In this document: positions 41,769-50,661 of the stretch, one piece after another
Position numbering within the stretch: the first letter of the stretch is position 1
Layout of the letters: each line of letters starts with the position of its first letter
Source: Candidatus Moraniibacteriota bacterium
GTDB taxonomy: Bacteria > Patescibacteriota > Minisyncoccia > Moranbacterales > UBA1568
DNA length: 64,000 bases
Reading direction: 5' to 3'
NCBI GenBank assembly: GCA_028711705.1
Contig: JAQTRS010000002.1
Coordinates: forward strand, 137,617-201,616
Program-made: the position numbers and the translations under genes
The notes under the pieces: generated by a model
Told to the model about the DNA's origin: nothing
The model's database searches: none
The model's input: the letters and a program-made list of their open reading frames with translations, nothing else

Positions 41769-42032
41769 ATGCGAAGGCTTAACAATTTTTATTTTCAACC
41801 GATCGAGGAGATCGAAACGAACCACAAACTACAATTTAAAATGAGTCTGATAATTGCTGTGATTAGTCTAGTAATTACCATTGGATGGGTAATCCTTCAA
41901 CCTTTATTGGTATTATTCGGAGTAATAAGCCTCGAGCTCACTAATTCAATTGGGCTAATCCCGTCTGGTATCGGAATAATCACATTTGCAATTAGTATGA
42001 TGATTGCAGCAACTAGTGCCATGCCAAAATAA
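41769..42032 (+). CDS. Small two-TM membrane protein; SD-aligned start position is ACG at 41817
   Basis: Hydrophobic ORF; GAGGAG at 41805-41810; leader identical to that of the 42446 gene. Confidence 0.65.
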   Translation: MRRLNNFYFQPIEEIETNHKLQFKMSLIIAVISLVITIGWVILQPLLVLFGVISLELTNSIGLIPSGIGIITFAISMMIAATSAMPK

Positions 42033-42047
42033 AAAATGTAGTCTCGG

Positions 42048-42163
42048 TAATTTTCACCCCACAATCAGGATTTGAAAATTCCAATCCCGAAGCATGAGGT
42101 CAAAAAACATAACGCCTTCAGCCCCTATTGCAACAGCAATATACTGAAGGTTGTTTTTTTATT
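42048..42163 (+). repeat. Conserved two-hairpin 3' element, copy 3
   Basis: taattttcaccc...ccaatcccgaagc, then gccttcag...ctgaagg-ttgttttttt. Confidence 0.7.
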
Positions 42164-42200
42164 TCAAGGAACTTCTCATTGCTCGGCACACCTTTTTCTT

Positions 42201-42269
42201 TGTCATCCCGAGCGCAGTCGAGGAATCTTTTCCTATCGAGGAGATCCTTCGACTATGCTCAGGATGACA
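42201..42269. repeat. REP-like doublet
   Basis: tgtcatcccgagcgcagtcgaggaatct ... agatccttcgactatgctcaggatgaca. Confidence 0.8.
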
Positions 42270-42337
42270 CAACTATATGTCTTCTTGATGTATACGCTAT
42301 TTATTGCTTTATTAAGCGTATTTTTCTCAGATATACT

Positions 42338-42366
42338 TGACAAATTGCCAAGTATGGAGTATACTG
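42338..42366 (+). promoter_or_regulatory. sigma70-like promoter, cassette copy
   Basis: TTGACA-aattgccaagtatggag-TATACT. Confidence 0.7.
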
Positions 42367-42445
42367 CCCTTTCAGTGAGTTTTGTATTATCGAATGCTCA
42401 TCTGATAATTTAACAATTTTTCAATCACAGATCGAGGAGATCGAA

Positions 42446-42754
42446 ATGAACGCCACGAAAATCACAGAAGCATTATCAATAGCGACACTCGCCGTAACAC
42501 TAGGATCACTACCTCTGATGGATAACACTTTCGGACCAACCATGTCCGAAAGGATGCTACAGCTACTGCTGATTCTAGCATTAACCGCAATCGCAGTGCT
42601 AGCACTGGCATACAATGATGAATACGAATCCAAAGCATTTGCCATTGTGATGGTAATCCTAACAATAGGATTCTCGATAGTTCATTTAGTGTCTTGGTGG
42701 ATTCCATGTATAGTTACGCTCGCGGCAGTAAACCTGCTTTCGCGACATTTCTAA
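42446..42754 (+). CDS. Small multi-TM membrane protein (102 aa)
   Basis: SD GAGGAG, three to four hydrophobic segments. Confidence 0.78.
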   Translation: MNATKITEALSIATLAVTLGSLPLMDNTFGPTMSERMLQLLLILALTAIAVLALAYNDEYESKAFAIVMVILTIGFSIVHLVSWWIPCIVTLAAVNLLSRHF

Positions 42755-42782
42755 CACGAAACATCAGACGATAAAATGCCAT

Positions 42783-42833
42783 GCCTTCAGTTATTACTGT
42801 AAACATACAACATACTGAAGGCTATTTTTTATT
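42783..42833 (+). terminator. Large-loop terminator-like hairpin (second hairpin of the shared 3' element)
   Basis: gccttcagt-N22-actgaaggc-tattttttatt. Confidence 0.7.
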
Positions 42834-42850
42834 GCCAAAGAACTTTCTCC

Positions 42851-42917
42851 TTATCGTTCCGAGTTTATTGAGGAATCTTTTCTTGTAACGGGCTCCTCAG
42901 CAAACTCGGAACGATAA
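42851..42917. repeat. REP-like doublet
   Basis: 16-bp arms ttatcgttccgagttt / aaactcggaacgataa; shares gaggaatcttttc with 42201. Confidence 0.75.
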
Positions 42918-42933
42918 TGTCCACAACCTCATT

Positions 42934-43335
42934 TTATTTTAACAGTATTTTTCTTACATCTTTTATCTTTCCTGCCACCGATGCATCCACCAGATGATTG
43001 TCGGTTTTCATCACCGCGCCTCCGATAAGTGTACTATCAGACCGGGTATCGAGCGCCACTGACTCGCTTTCAAACATTTCCTTCGCGAATACTTCCAACT
43101 CTTTCATCAATTCCGCATTTGCAGGAAAAGCGGTCGTGACCGATACGCGCTTCATGCCTGTTTTCGCATCCTGCAATCGCTCCAACTTCTTGACGATACC
43201 GGATAGCTTCTTGAAGTCGCCTTTGCGTCTCAGGAATGCGAAGAAGTCCGCTGCAATCCTTGTCTGATCAACCGCAGACTTCTCTGCAGAGAGTGAAAGA
43301 AGGGCTTTTGCATATTGTGAGGCGGTCGTACGCAT
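42934..43335 (-). CDS. atpH: ATP synthase F1 delta
   Basis: QYAKALL, LIGGAV and DASV motifs; position in the operon. Confidence 0.9.
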   Translation of the reverse strand: MRTTASQYAKALLSLSAEKSAVDQTRIAADFFAFLRRKGDFKKLSGIVKKLERLQDAKTGMKRVSVTTAFPANAELMKELEVFAKEMFESESVALDTRSDSTLIGGAVMKTDNHLVDASVAGKIKDVRKILLK

Positions 43336-43339
43336 GGGA

Positions 43340-43834
43340 TTATCCTAAAGATTTCAAATGTTTTTGGATGAGTTCGCTGTCCTTATGGGCATCGATCTTT
43401 TCCTGCAAAACTTTTTCCGTCGTCAAAACGACTAATTCCGCCAGCTGCGCCTTCGCATCACTCAATAATTTCGCTTTCTCTGATTCCATCTTCAGTTCTG
43501 ATTGCTTCATAAGACGATCCACGTCTTCCTTGGCTTGCTCGAGCATCTTCTCATAATTCTGTTTGCCCAATCTTTCCGCCTTTTCGAGTATTTTCTGCGC
43601 TTCTTTCTTGGCCTGTTCCAGCATTTCCCGTTCCTTCTGCTCCATCTCGCCGAGTTTCTTGTGCGCGGCATCGGCATCCGAGAGCCCCTTATCGATACGC
43701 TCCGTGCGCTCCGCAAGGAATGCTAACATCGGACGATACGCGAAACGGCGCAATATCCAAAACAGTATCGCGAAGTTTACGATCTGGGCGATGAAAAGCT
43801 TCCAATCGATGCCGAGTTTTGCAAGAATTTCCAT
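43340..43834 (-). CDS. atpF: ATP synthase F0 b
   Basis: LGIDWKLFIAQIVNFAIL followed by a coiled coil. Confidence 0.95.
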   Translation of the reverse strand: MEILAKLGIDWKLFIAQIVNFAILFWILRRFAYRPMLAFLAERTERIDKGLSDADAAHKKLGEMEQKEREMLEQAKKEAQKILEKAERLGKQNYEKMLEQAKEDVDRLMKQSELKMESEKAKLLSDAKAQLAELVVLTTEKVLQEKIDAHKDSELIQKHLKSLG

Positions 43835-43845
43835 AGAAGCTTATA

Positions 43846-44118
<273 letters not shown>

Positions 44119-44134
44119 TTATCATGTTAATTAT

Positions 44135-44200
44135 GTATCATCCCGAGCTCGGCGAGCGATTTCCTTTTCGGGAGATTCTTCGACAAGCTCGAAATGATAC
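44135..44200. repeat. REP-like doublet between atpB and atpE
   Basis: gtatcatcccgagctcggcgag ... gagattcttcgacaagctcgaaatgatac. Confidence 0.7.
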
Positions 44201-44216
44201 TGCCTAACTCCCCGGA

Positions 44217-44960
44217 TCAATGCTCCGCTTCGAGTGTCGCCATCTTGATAAATACCAGCGAGAGAAGTGCGAACACCGCTGCCTGCACAAACCCCACGAA
44301 CACCTCGATAATCAGGAAGGGGATGGGCAAGGCATAGGGCACCAGATGCAGCATCACGATCAGAAGCACCTCGCCGGCGAACACATTTCCGAAAAGACGG
44401 AATGAAAACGAGATCATACGCGTCACTTCGCTGAGCAGCTCCAAAAGTCCCACGAAACTTCCCACAAGATACGGCTTATGGAAGGGGCTGACAAAAAACT
44501 TCCTCCCATATTTCGCCACGCCGATCGTCGCGATGCCAAGGAACTGCACCGAAAACACCACGATAAACGACAGCGCGATCGTCGTATTAAGATCAGCGGA
44601 ACCGCTCCGGATAAACGGGATGATGGAATGCTCTCCATGCGCAAGGCCGACCGTTCCCATACCCGGCAAAAGACCAATCCAATTGGAGAAGAGCACAAAA
44701 ATAAAGATAGTAGCGATAAGCGGGAAAACCGCGTGCGCCAACTTCTTATCCTGCATGATATCCAGAGTAAAACCCCATATCGCTTCAATCAGCGCCTCTG
44801 CTCCATTTTGGAGCCCGCGTGGCACCGGCTGCAGCCTTCCTTGGAGCGCAAACGCCGCCATCATCACCAATACGCTCACGATGAGGGTCATAATGAGCGT
44901 ATTGGTCACCGGGAAACCCCCGATGTGAAACAAACTTTCGGCTGCGATCGATACTTCCAT
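44217..44960 (-). CDS. atpB: ATP synthase F0 a
   Basis: SFSFRLFGNVFAGE and GFVQAAVF motifs. Confidence 0.97.
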   Translation of the reverse strand: MEVSIAAESLFHIGGFPVTNTLIMTLIVSVLVMMAAFALQGRLQPVPRGLQNGAEALIEAIWGFTLDIMQDKKLAHAVFPLIATIFIFVLFSNWIGLLPGMGTVGLAHGEHSIIPFIRSGSADLNTTIALSFIVVFSVQFLGIATIGVAKYGRKFFVSPFHKPYLVGSFVGLLELLSEVTRMISFSFRLFGNVFAGEVLLIVMLHLVPYALPIPFLIIEVFVGFVQAAVFALLSLVFIKMATLEAEH

Positions 44961-45187
44961 AAATGCGATACTTTTTTTTATCCTGCCATCATAACACGAA
45001 AATCGAGACGCTCAGACGTCAGGATATTCACATCAATTGTCGCTTATGCGCATAAAAAAGTCAAGAAAAAACCGAAAAACCACGCGAGGATACAAGCTTG
45101 CATTATTTTCCCCCTGTGGTATGCTACACATATTCCTTGCACAGAGGTTTTATTTTTGTAGATTTTCGCAAGGAAATATCCGTTTTC

Positions 45188-45259
45188 GGTCCCATCGTCT
45201 AACGGTTAGGACAGCAGGTTTTCATCCTGTAAACCGGGGTTCGACTCCCCGTGGGATCA
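45188..45259 (+). tRNA. tRNA-Glu (TTC), CCA not encoded
   Basis: Cloverleaf: acceptor ggtccca/tgggatc, anticodon arm gcagg-ttTTCat-cctgt, T-arm cgggg-ttcgact-ccccg. Confidence 0.95.
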
Positions 45260-45265
45260 CATAGT

Positions 45266-45296
45266 AAAAAGACGCTCTTAAGTGAGCGTCTTTTTC
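45266..45296. terminator. Bidirectional terminator
   Basis: aaaaagacgctc-ttaagt-gagcgtcttttt. Confidence 0.85.
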
Positions 45297-45322
45297 ATGG
45301 CAAGATTTGCCTTCTGCGAAGC

Positions 45323-45616
45323 TTAGGCGATAGCGAAGCCATAGACCCCTGCGATGGTCTCGGCGATTCTTCGGGACGAATAGCCTTCCGGCAAATCCGA
45401 TGTCACCTCGAATTTCTTGATATCCCCGGTTGTGAGCTGATGCTTTTGCAGCATCGTGTCAATGGCGGGGAGCAGCTTCTCCAGCAGACTGTATCCGTCG
45501 CATACCAACACCCGCTCCACCGAAACGCCGCCTTTTTGCAGGCTCAAAAACACCTCGGCCTTCCCTGCTTCCAGTAACAATGACCATTGCTGCGTATCCA
45601 TAGGCGCTGTTCTCAT
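45323..45616 (-). CDS. tsaB: Truncated TsaB-like protein (N-terminal domain only)
   Basis: EKLLPAIDTML and GYSSRRIA resemble TsaB LLPxI...GSFTGLRI. Confidence 0.6.
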   Translation of the reverse strand: MRTAPMDTQQWSLLLEAGKAEVFLSLQKGGVSVERVLVCDGYSLLEKLLPAIDTMLQKHQLTTGDIKKFEVTSDLPEGYSSRRIAETIAGVYGFAIA

Positions 45617-45696
45617 TATTATATATACAATATCTGGGTTCCGATTGCCCTCTTTATGAATAGGAGGGATGACTTTCGTTCAGTCACCCCTCTATT

Positions 45697-46209
45697 TTAC
45701 ATCATAAATATGAATCCTTTCCCTTTATTAAGAAGATGCTCCAGGATGTCTCTCGTTATCGAAGACACCGGATGACAACTCCCCTGTTCATCACCGAACA
45801 TTTTCTCGATGATTATATTGCTCGCCTGCAAAAGAGATATCCAACAAAAGGCCTCTATTTCTTGATTAGCGATCATCTTTTTCCCGTCCTTGCACACGAC
45901 CTTGCACATATGAACTTCGACTGATTTCTTGGAAAAAGAGGCCTCTCCTCGAAAAATTTTCGGAGAAAAGGTTCCTTTTATCTCAAAAACGCCATTCTTC
46001 AGCTCTTTGTCAAGCTCCCTATGCAATGTATCTGTCAAGGATTCATTGCCATTGACTTTTCCACCCGGAAGGGTCCAACAGGAAGTCTTGGTTTCTTGAT
46101 CGTATTTAAGCACCAATAACAATCTATTATCCTGAGACTCGATACATATCGCATGGACCGCTATCTCATCCGCCATGCAATCTCTTTTCATACAACAAAT
46201 AGCACTCAT
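45697..46209 (-). CDS. Nudix hydrolase (degenerate box), AT-rich
   Basis: WTLPGGKVNGNESLTDTLHREL; own TTGACA-17-TACGAT promoter at 46242-46270; start uncertain. Confidence 0.75.
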   Translation of the reverse strand: MSAICCMKRDCMADEIAVHAICIESQDNRLLLVLKYDQETKTSCWTLPGGKVNGNESLTDTLHRELDKELKNGVFEIKGTFSPKIFRGEASFSKKSVEVHMCKVVCKDGKKMIANQEIEAFCWISLLQASNIIIEKMFGDEQGSCHPVSSITRDILEHLLNKGKGFIFMM

Positions 46210-46276
46210 ATCAAAATCCCCCACAAAAAAGAACTGGGTCTATCGTACAAGATTGTTTGCTTCTTGTCAAGGAAAA

Positions 46277-47026
46277 TTACAGATTCTTCCAATCGAATCC
46301 CCAGGGGTCGGTCTTACGTCCGGGAGCGATATCATCATGGCCGAGAACATATTTGATGGCATACTGGTCCTTCAGGGAGGCAATAAGCAGCTTCAGGGCC
46401 GTATACTGCTCATCCGTATACTCGCCCGTCTTGGTATTGATAAGCTCTATGCCGATGGAAAAATCATTCACATCGGTCCGTCCGTCCGGCATCTTGCTCA
46501 CGCCCGCATGCCACGCAATATTCTCATCCTTGACCAGCCTATACACGATGCCATCCCGGCCGATAAGGTAGTGTGCGGAAACACCGTAACTCTTATAGAC
46601 ACCGATGATTCCCTCGACGGAATAGGGGTCATCCCCTACCGAATCATAGGAGGAGTGCAGGATGATCGTATCAATAGTTCGCGGCTTGCTCGGCACCGAA
46701 AATCCGAAACCGACCAGCTTGTTGCGGATATCCAATTTTGACGACGCTACGGATTTTTTTTGAGCATCCTCTTTCGGCGTTTCTTTTGTAAGAGTATCCT
46801 TTGTGTCCGTCGCCACATCCGTGTCCTGCATCTGATTCGCCTTAACATCCTCCGTTACGCCAGAAGAAGAAGACGGCGCCGTCTTCTGTGTTGCCAAGCG
46901 TTCCATCTGAGCCGCCATATCCGCCACAGTAGGCGCATAAACTTCCTGCATCCGCATCACAGAAAAACTCACTCCGCCAAGCAGTGCTATGATTATCCCG
47001 CCGATAAAGATATACTTCTTATTCAT
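46277..47026 (-). CDS. N-acetylmuramoyl-L-alanine amidase (AmpD/amidase_2) with N-terminal anchor
   Basis: IILHSS, VSAHYLI, AWHAGVS, SIGIEL and GHDDIAPGRKTDP motifs. Confidence 0.92.
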   Translation of the reverse strand: MNKKYIFIGGIIIALLGGVSFSVMRMQEVYAPTVADMAAQMERLATQKTAPSSSSGVTEDVKANQMQDTDVATDTKDTLTKETPKEDAQKKSVASSKLDIRNKLVGFGFSVPSKPRTIDTIILHSSYDSVGDDPYSVEGIIGVYKSYGVSAHYLIGRDGIVYRLVKDENIAWHAGVSKMPDGRTDVNDFSIGIELINTKTGEYTDEQYTALKLLIASLKDQYAIKYVLGHDDIAPGRKTDPWGFDWKNL

Positions 47027-47075
47027 ACTCTCAGTATACCACACCTCTCTCCTTCGTTCACTTGCCGGAAACAAA

Positions 47076-47146
47076 AATGGTGTCAGATATATTTTCAGGA
47101 CCGTTGGAGTACTCGAGAAGGTCCTGAAAATATATCTGACACCATT
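47076..47146. repeat. Inverted-repeat element (27-bp perfect arms)
   Basis: aatggtgtcagatatattttcaggacc / ggtcctgaaaatatatctgacaccatt. Confidence 0.85.
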
Positions 47147-47253
47147 GCCTCACTCCGTACAAACATTTTAAAAAAGTTTTATCTTTCTTTGAACTTTCCT
47201 TCATCAAAAATAGTTTACACTACTGACATAGCCTAAATCACTCAGCAACTCCT

Positions 47254-49407
47254 ATGAAACGATCTCATCTTTCTTCTGCATTCATCCTCCTTTCCTGTAT
47301 CGTCTTCAACGCAGAAACTCCGCAGGCGTGGGCGGTGGCGCTGCCGAAGGTTATCATAAGCGAAATCCAGATCGCGGGAGATAAGGCGGATGATGAATTC
47401 ATCGAGCTGCAGAACACGACCGATGCAGACATCGATCTTAATGGATGGACACTGCGCAAGAAAACCAAAAACGACACCTCCGCACTGGGCGCATCCATCA
47501 TAGACCTTTCGATGGCGGACACGCTTTCCGTGACAGTGCCTGCTCACGGGTATCTTCTCTGGGCGAACTCCAAGGGCATTTTCAAAACGGCAACCCTCGA
47601 TCGATTTTCGAGCGGTAACTCCTTTACCAATGATGCGAGCGATCCGCATAGCGTCGCACTGTTTGATGCGGATGGATCGCTCATCGATGCCATCACCTGG
47701 GGAACTCCCCACCCGAACCCGTTTGCGGAAAGCCTTTACTATCCCGTCAATCCACCGAAAAACACCAGCCTAAAACGGGATCTAGCAACCGATACGCTCA
47801 CACCGCAATCGCATCCGACACCTTTAAACACTGCCTCGATCACAGAAAAGCCTGCGCTAAGCGCCTTGCCTGAAGCGGACCAAGATCCATCGACATCCCC
47901 TGCCGTATCATCTGGCGCAAGCAGCATCCGCATCAATGAAATCTTCCCCAATCCATCCGACACGGACGAATTCATCGAGCTCTTCAATTTCGGAACCGCC
48001 GATATCGACCTCAAGGATTGGTCGCTGCATGACGCCTCCAAAACCGGACGATACGATTTCAAACAAAGCACCGTCATCAAAGCGCAGTCCTACCTCACTC
48101 TCTTGAGCGATTCGCTCCCCTTCGCGCTCAACAATACCGATGAAACCATCACGCTCTTTGATGCGCAGGGAAGCGCCGTCGACACCGGAAGCTATGCCAA
48201 AAGCAATAAGGACGTCTCCTATAACTTCACGCCTTCGGGATGGCGATGGAGCGACATCGTTACGCCCGATGCGATCAATCGTATCCCTGACACTCCGCTT
48301 TCGATAATCGACATCCCGAAACACATCTACCTGAATGTACCGGCCCATTTCGATGCGGCCAATGCCGATGACAACATCCGCTACACGTGGAATTTCGGCG
48401 ACGGACACAAAAGCCGCCTTGAAAGCGCCGTGCACACCTATGACGCGCCGGGAAACTATATCGTCACGCTCACCGCGTCCGGTCCCCTCGAGGATACCAT
48501 TCAGACATTTTACATCAAGGTCGAAAAGTTTCCCGCCATAAAACTGGTCATCACGGGCGTAAGTCCTAATCCGGCAGGCGCGGATACGGACAATGAATGG
48601 ATAACCATCAAGAATCAGAGCAAAAAGAAGGTCGATCTTCTGGACTGGAGTATCGCCACCGGCACCACCAAAAAGACGCTCACCAATCATCCTATCGAGG
48701 AGTCATTGATTATCAAGCCCGGCAAAGAGCTTACGCTCACGCATGATATCACCGCTTTTTCGCTCCCCAACAAAGGCGGCTTCATCGAGCTTCGGCAGCC
48801 CGATAAGAAAGCCGCCGACACGCTCCGGTACGCGAAAGCGGGCGGCGTGAAAGAGGATGAATACTATCAGAAATCCAAACATAAAACCTGGGCCTGGATA
48901 CAAGAGACTGATCCGATCGCTGATGCGAGCGATACCGCCGAAAGCACTGCCTTGCTTGAGGATACGAAAACGCAGGTCCAAAGCGTTGAGACCGCCAACA
49001 CCCTCATCAATGCGATCGACACCCTCTCCATAGACGAGCTCACCCTTATCAAGGCGCAGATCGAGGCGAAACTGCAATTGGCGGCGATTGCAGGAGAAAG
49101 CCCTCTTCAAGAGGATACCCCCTCCGAAGGCGCGGAAACGGCTTTTTCGCAAACCTATGCGATACCTTCCGATGAATCCCTGTATCACATCCAATCTTTT
49201 CCAGAAGCGCTTCCGGAAAACCAATACAAAACCGTCATCTCACTGATCAATCAGGGTTTCGATCCTACAAAGACAATCGCACGCAGCATAAGCGATTCTC
49301 CTTTCCTTGCACAAGAAGACCGCCTGATACCGCCGCAGACGGAAAGTCCCTCCGACATGATCCAATATCTCAATCAGGCGCTGCATGCTTTTTTGCAAAG
49401 CCGCTAA
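47254..49407 (+). CDS. Secreted lamin-tail-domain (x3) plus PKD-domain protein
   Basis: Signal peptide; repeated IISEI...DEFIELxN...DLxxW motifs; PKD YTWNFGDG...HTY. Confidence 0.88.
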   Translation: MKRSHLSSAFILLSCIVFNAETPQAWAVALPKVIISEIQIAGDKADDEFIELQNTTDADIDLNGWTLRKKTKNDTSALGASIIDLSMADTLSVTVPAHGYLLWANSKGIFKTATLDRFSSGNSFTNDASDPHSVALFDADGSLIDAITWGTPHPNPFAESLYYPVNPPKNTSLKRDLATDTLTPQSHPTPLNTASITEKPALSALPEADQDPSTSPAVSSGASSIRINEIFPNPSDTDEFIELFNFGTADIDLKDWSLHDASKTGRYDFKQSTVIKAQSYLTLLSDSLPFALNNTDETITLFDAQGSAVDTGSYAKSNKDVSYNFTPSGWRWSDIVTPDAINRIPDTPLSIIDIPKHIYLNVPAHFDAANADDNIRYTWNFGDGHKSRLESAVHTYDAPGNYIVTLTASGPLEDTIQTFYIKVEKFPAIKLVITGVSPNPAGADTDNEWITIKNQSKKKVDLLDWSIATGTTKKTLTNHPIEESLIIKPGKELTLTHDITAFSLPNKGGFIELRQPDKKAADTLRYAKAGGVKEDEYYQKSKHKTWAWIQETDPIADASDTAESTALLEDTKTQVQSVETANTLINAIDTLSIDELTLIKAQIEAKLQLAAIAGESPLQEDTPSEGAETAFSQTYAIPSDESLYHIQSFPEALPENQYKTVISLINQGFDPTKTIARSISDSPFLAQEDRLIPPQTESPSDMIQYLNQALHAFLQSR

Positions 49408-49429
49408 CGCCCTCCCTCGCGTATGCGCC

Positions 49430-50155
49430 CTACTCGATCGGAGCGAGACTCTCAATAGAATCCGGCACTTTCTCGATCACAGGGGACTCCTTCTCAATAG
49501 GCGCTAAAAACTCTTTCTCTTCCTGCTCGGATTCCGTTTCCGCAATCGGGGAAGAAAGCTTGCGATAAACATAGACAGTAGCGAGCATCGAAAGCGGCAT
49601 CGTGACGAGCAAACCAACGATAAGCGCAAGGAATCCGAGAAGATTGACAGCAAGTATCACCAAGGCGAAACGCAGCAGCTGCCACTTATGACCCTCCGTG
49701 ATGCGCGCGCTCTCCCTCAGACTCTCTACGACATCGGTCCGCTTATCGATCAGAAAATACTTATAGAACTGGTAGCGCAAGGCGAGATACACTCCAGGGA
49801 TAACCAAAAGCAATAACCCTGCAAACACCATGATTCCGTACACCACATTGGCCACGAAGTAGCGGAACGTGATCGGGTACTGAGAAAAAATATCCGCGAT
49901 TTTCACCGCTCTTCCGTCATACAAAGATAGCATCACAGAGATCAGTCCGGCATCGATCACAAACCCCAAAACCACGGATACAACCTGCATGAAAAACAAA
50001 ACACCCTGATTATCGGTAAAATTATCGATCACATCCGGCACCACTGCAAACACCCCGGACACCACGATGATGGCCAACAGGAATAAGAATTTCTCTTTCA
50101 CCATGGCCCAGCCGAAACCGAGAGCTTCGCTTATGGAAAATGACGCTGTATTCAT
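49430..50155 (-). CDS. Integral membrane protein (DUF975-like)
   Basis: GLLLLVIPGVYLALR and ESLRESARITEGHKW motifs. Confidence 0.8.
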   Translation of the reverse strand: MNTASFSISEALGFGWAMVKEKFLFLLAIIVVSGVFAVVPDVIDNFTDNQGVLFFMQVVSVVLGFVIDAGLISVMLSLYDGRAVKIADIFSQYPITFRYFVANVVYGIMVFAGLLLLVIPGVYLALRYQFYKYFLIDKRTDVVESLRESARITEGHKWQLLRFALVILAVNLLGFLALIVGLLVTMPLSMLATVYVYRKLSSPIAETESEQEEKEFLAPIEKESPVIEKVPDSIESLAPIE

Positions 50156-50247
50156 ACGATATGGTCGTTAACCGTTTATATTTCGTCTATAAAAAACCTG
50201 CTAAGTCCCCAGACTAGCTACTGTCAGTATACCATATACACTCGAAC

Positions 50248-50550
50248 TCATATCGGTTTTTGCTTGAGTGCGATCAGAGCGTCCATGCTATCCTCTTCCG
50301 AAAGTTTGTTTCGCCCCACAAATCCGCATTTCACGCATGTATGTATCACGCTGAAAACTTGCCGCTCCTTGGTCCAGCTGAAGGGTCGAAGCATCCCACC
50401 GCACAAAGAAGCACGATCCCCGGGATGTATATCCACATGCTTGCCCCACAGACACTTCGGACAATGATTGGTGTAGCCGTTCCCTGCGACAAAAAACCCA
50501 CACTGCTCGCAGGTGAAGTCCTCCTTTTTTCGCCGGAATGTGTTTGACAT
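50248..50550 (-). CDS. RNHCP-domain zinc-binding protein
   Basis: FTCEQCG, TNHCPKCLWGKHVD.PGDR and HTCVKCG motifs. Confidence 0.88.
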   Translation of the reverse strand: MSNTFRRKKEDFTCEQCGFFVAGNGYTNHCPKCLWGKHVDIHPGDRASLCGGMLRPFSWTKERQVFSVIHTCVKCGFVGRNKLSEEDSMDALIALKQKPI

Positions 50551-50661
50551 AGGCACTGCTTATCGATACAATAGCATACCATAGACGAACCCTTTTGCAA
50601 AATCAAGCGAAAAGGACAAAAACATGGTATAAAGAAAGAGTCATCCGCCTATCAAAAAACT

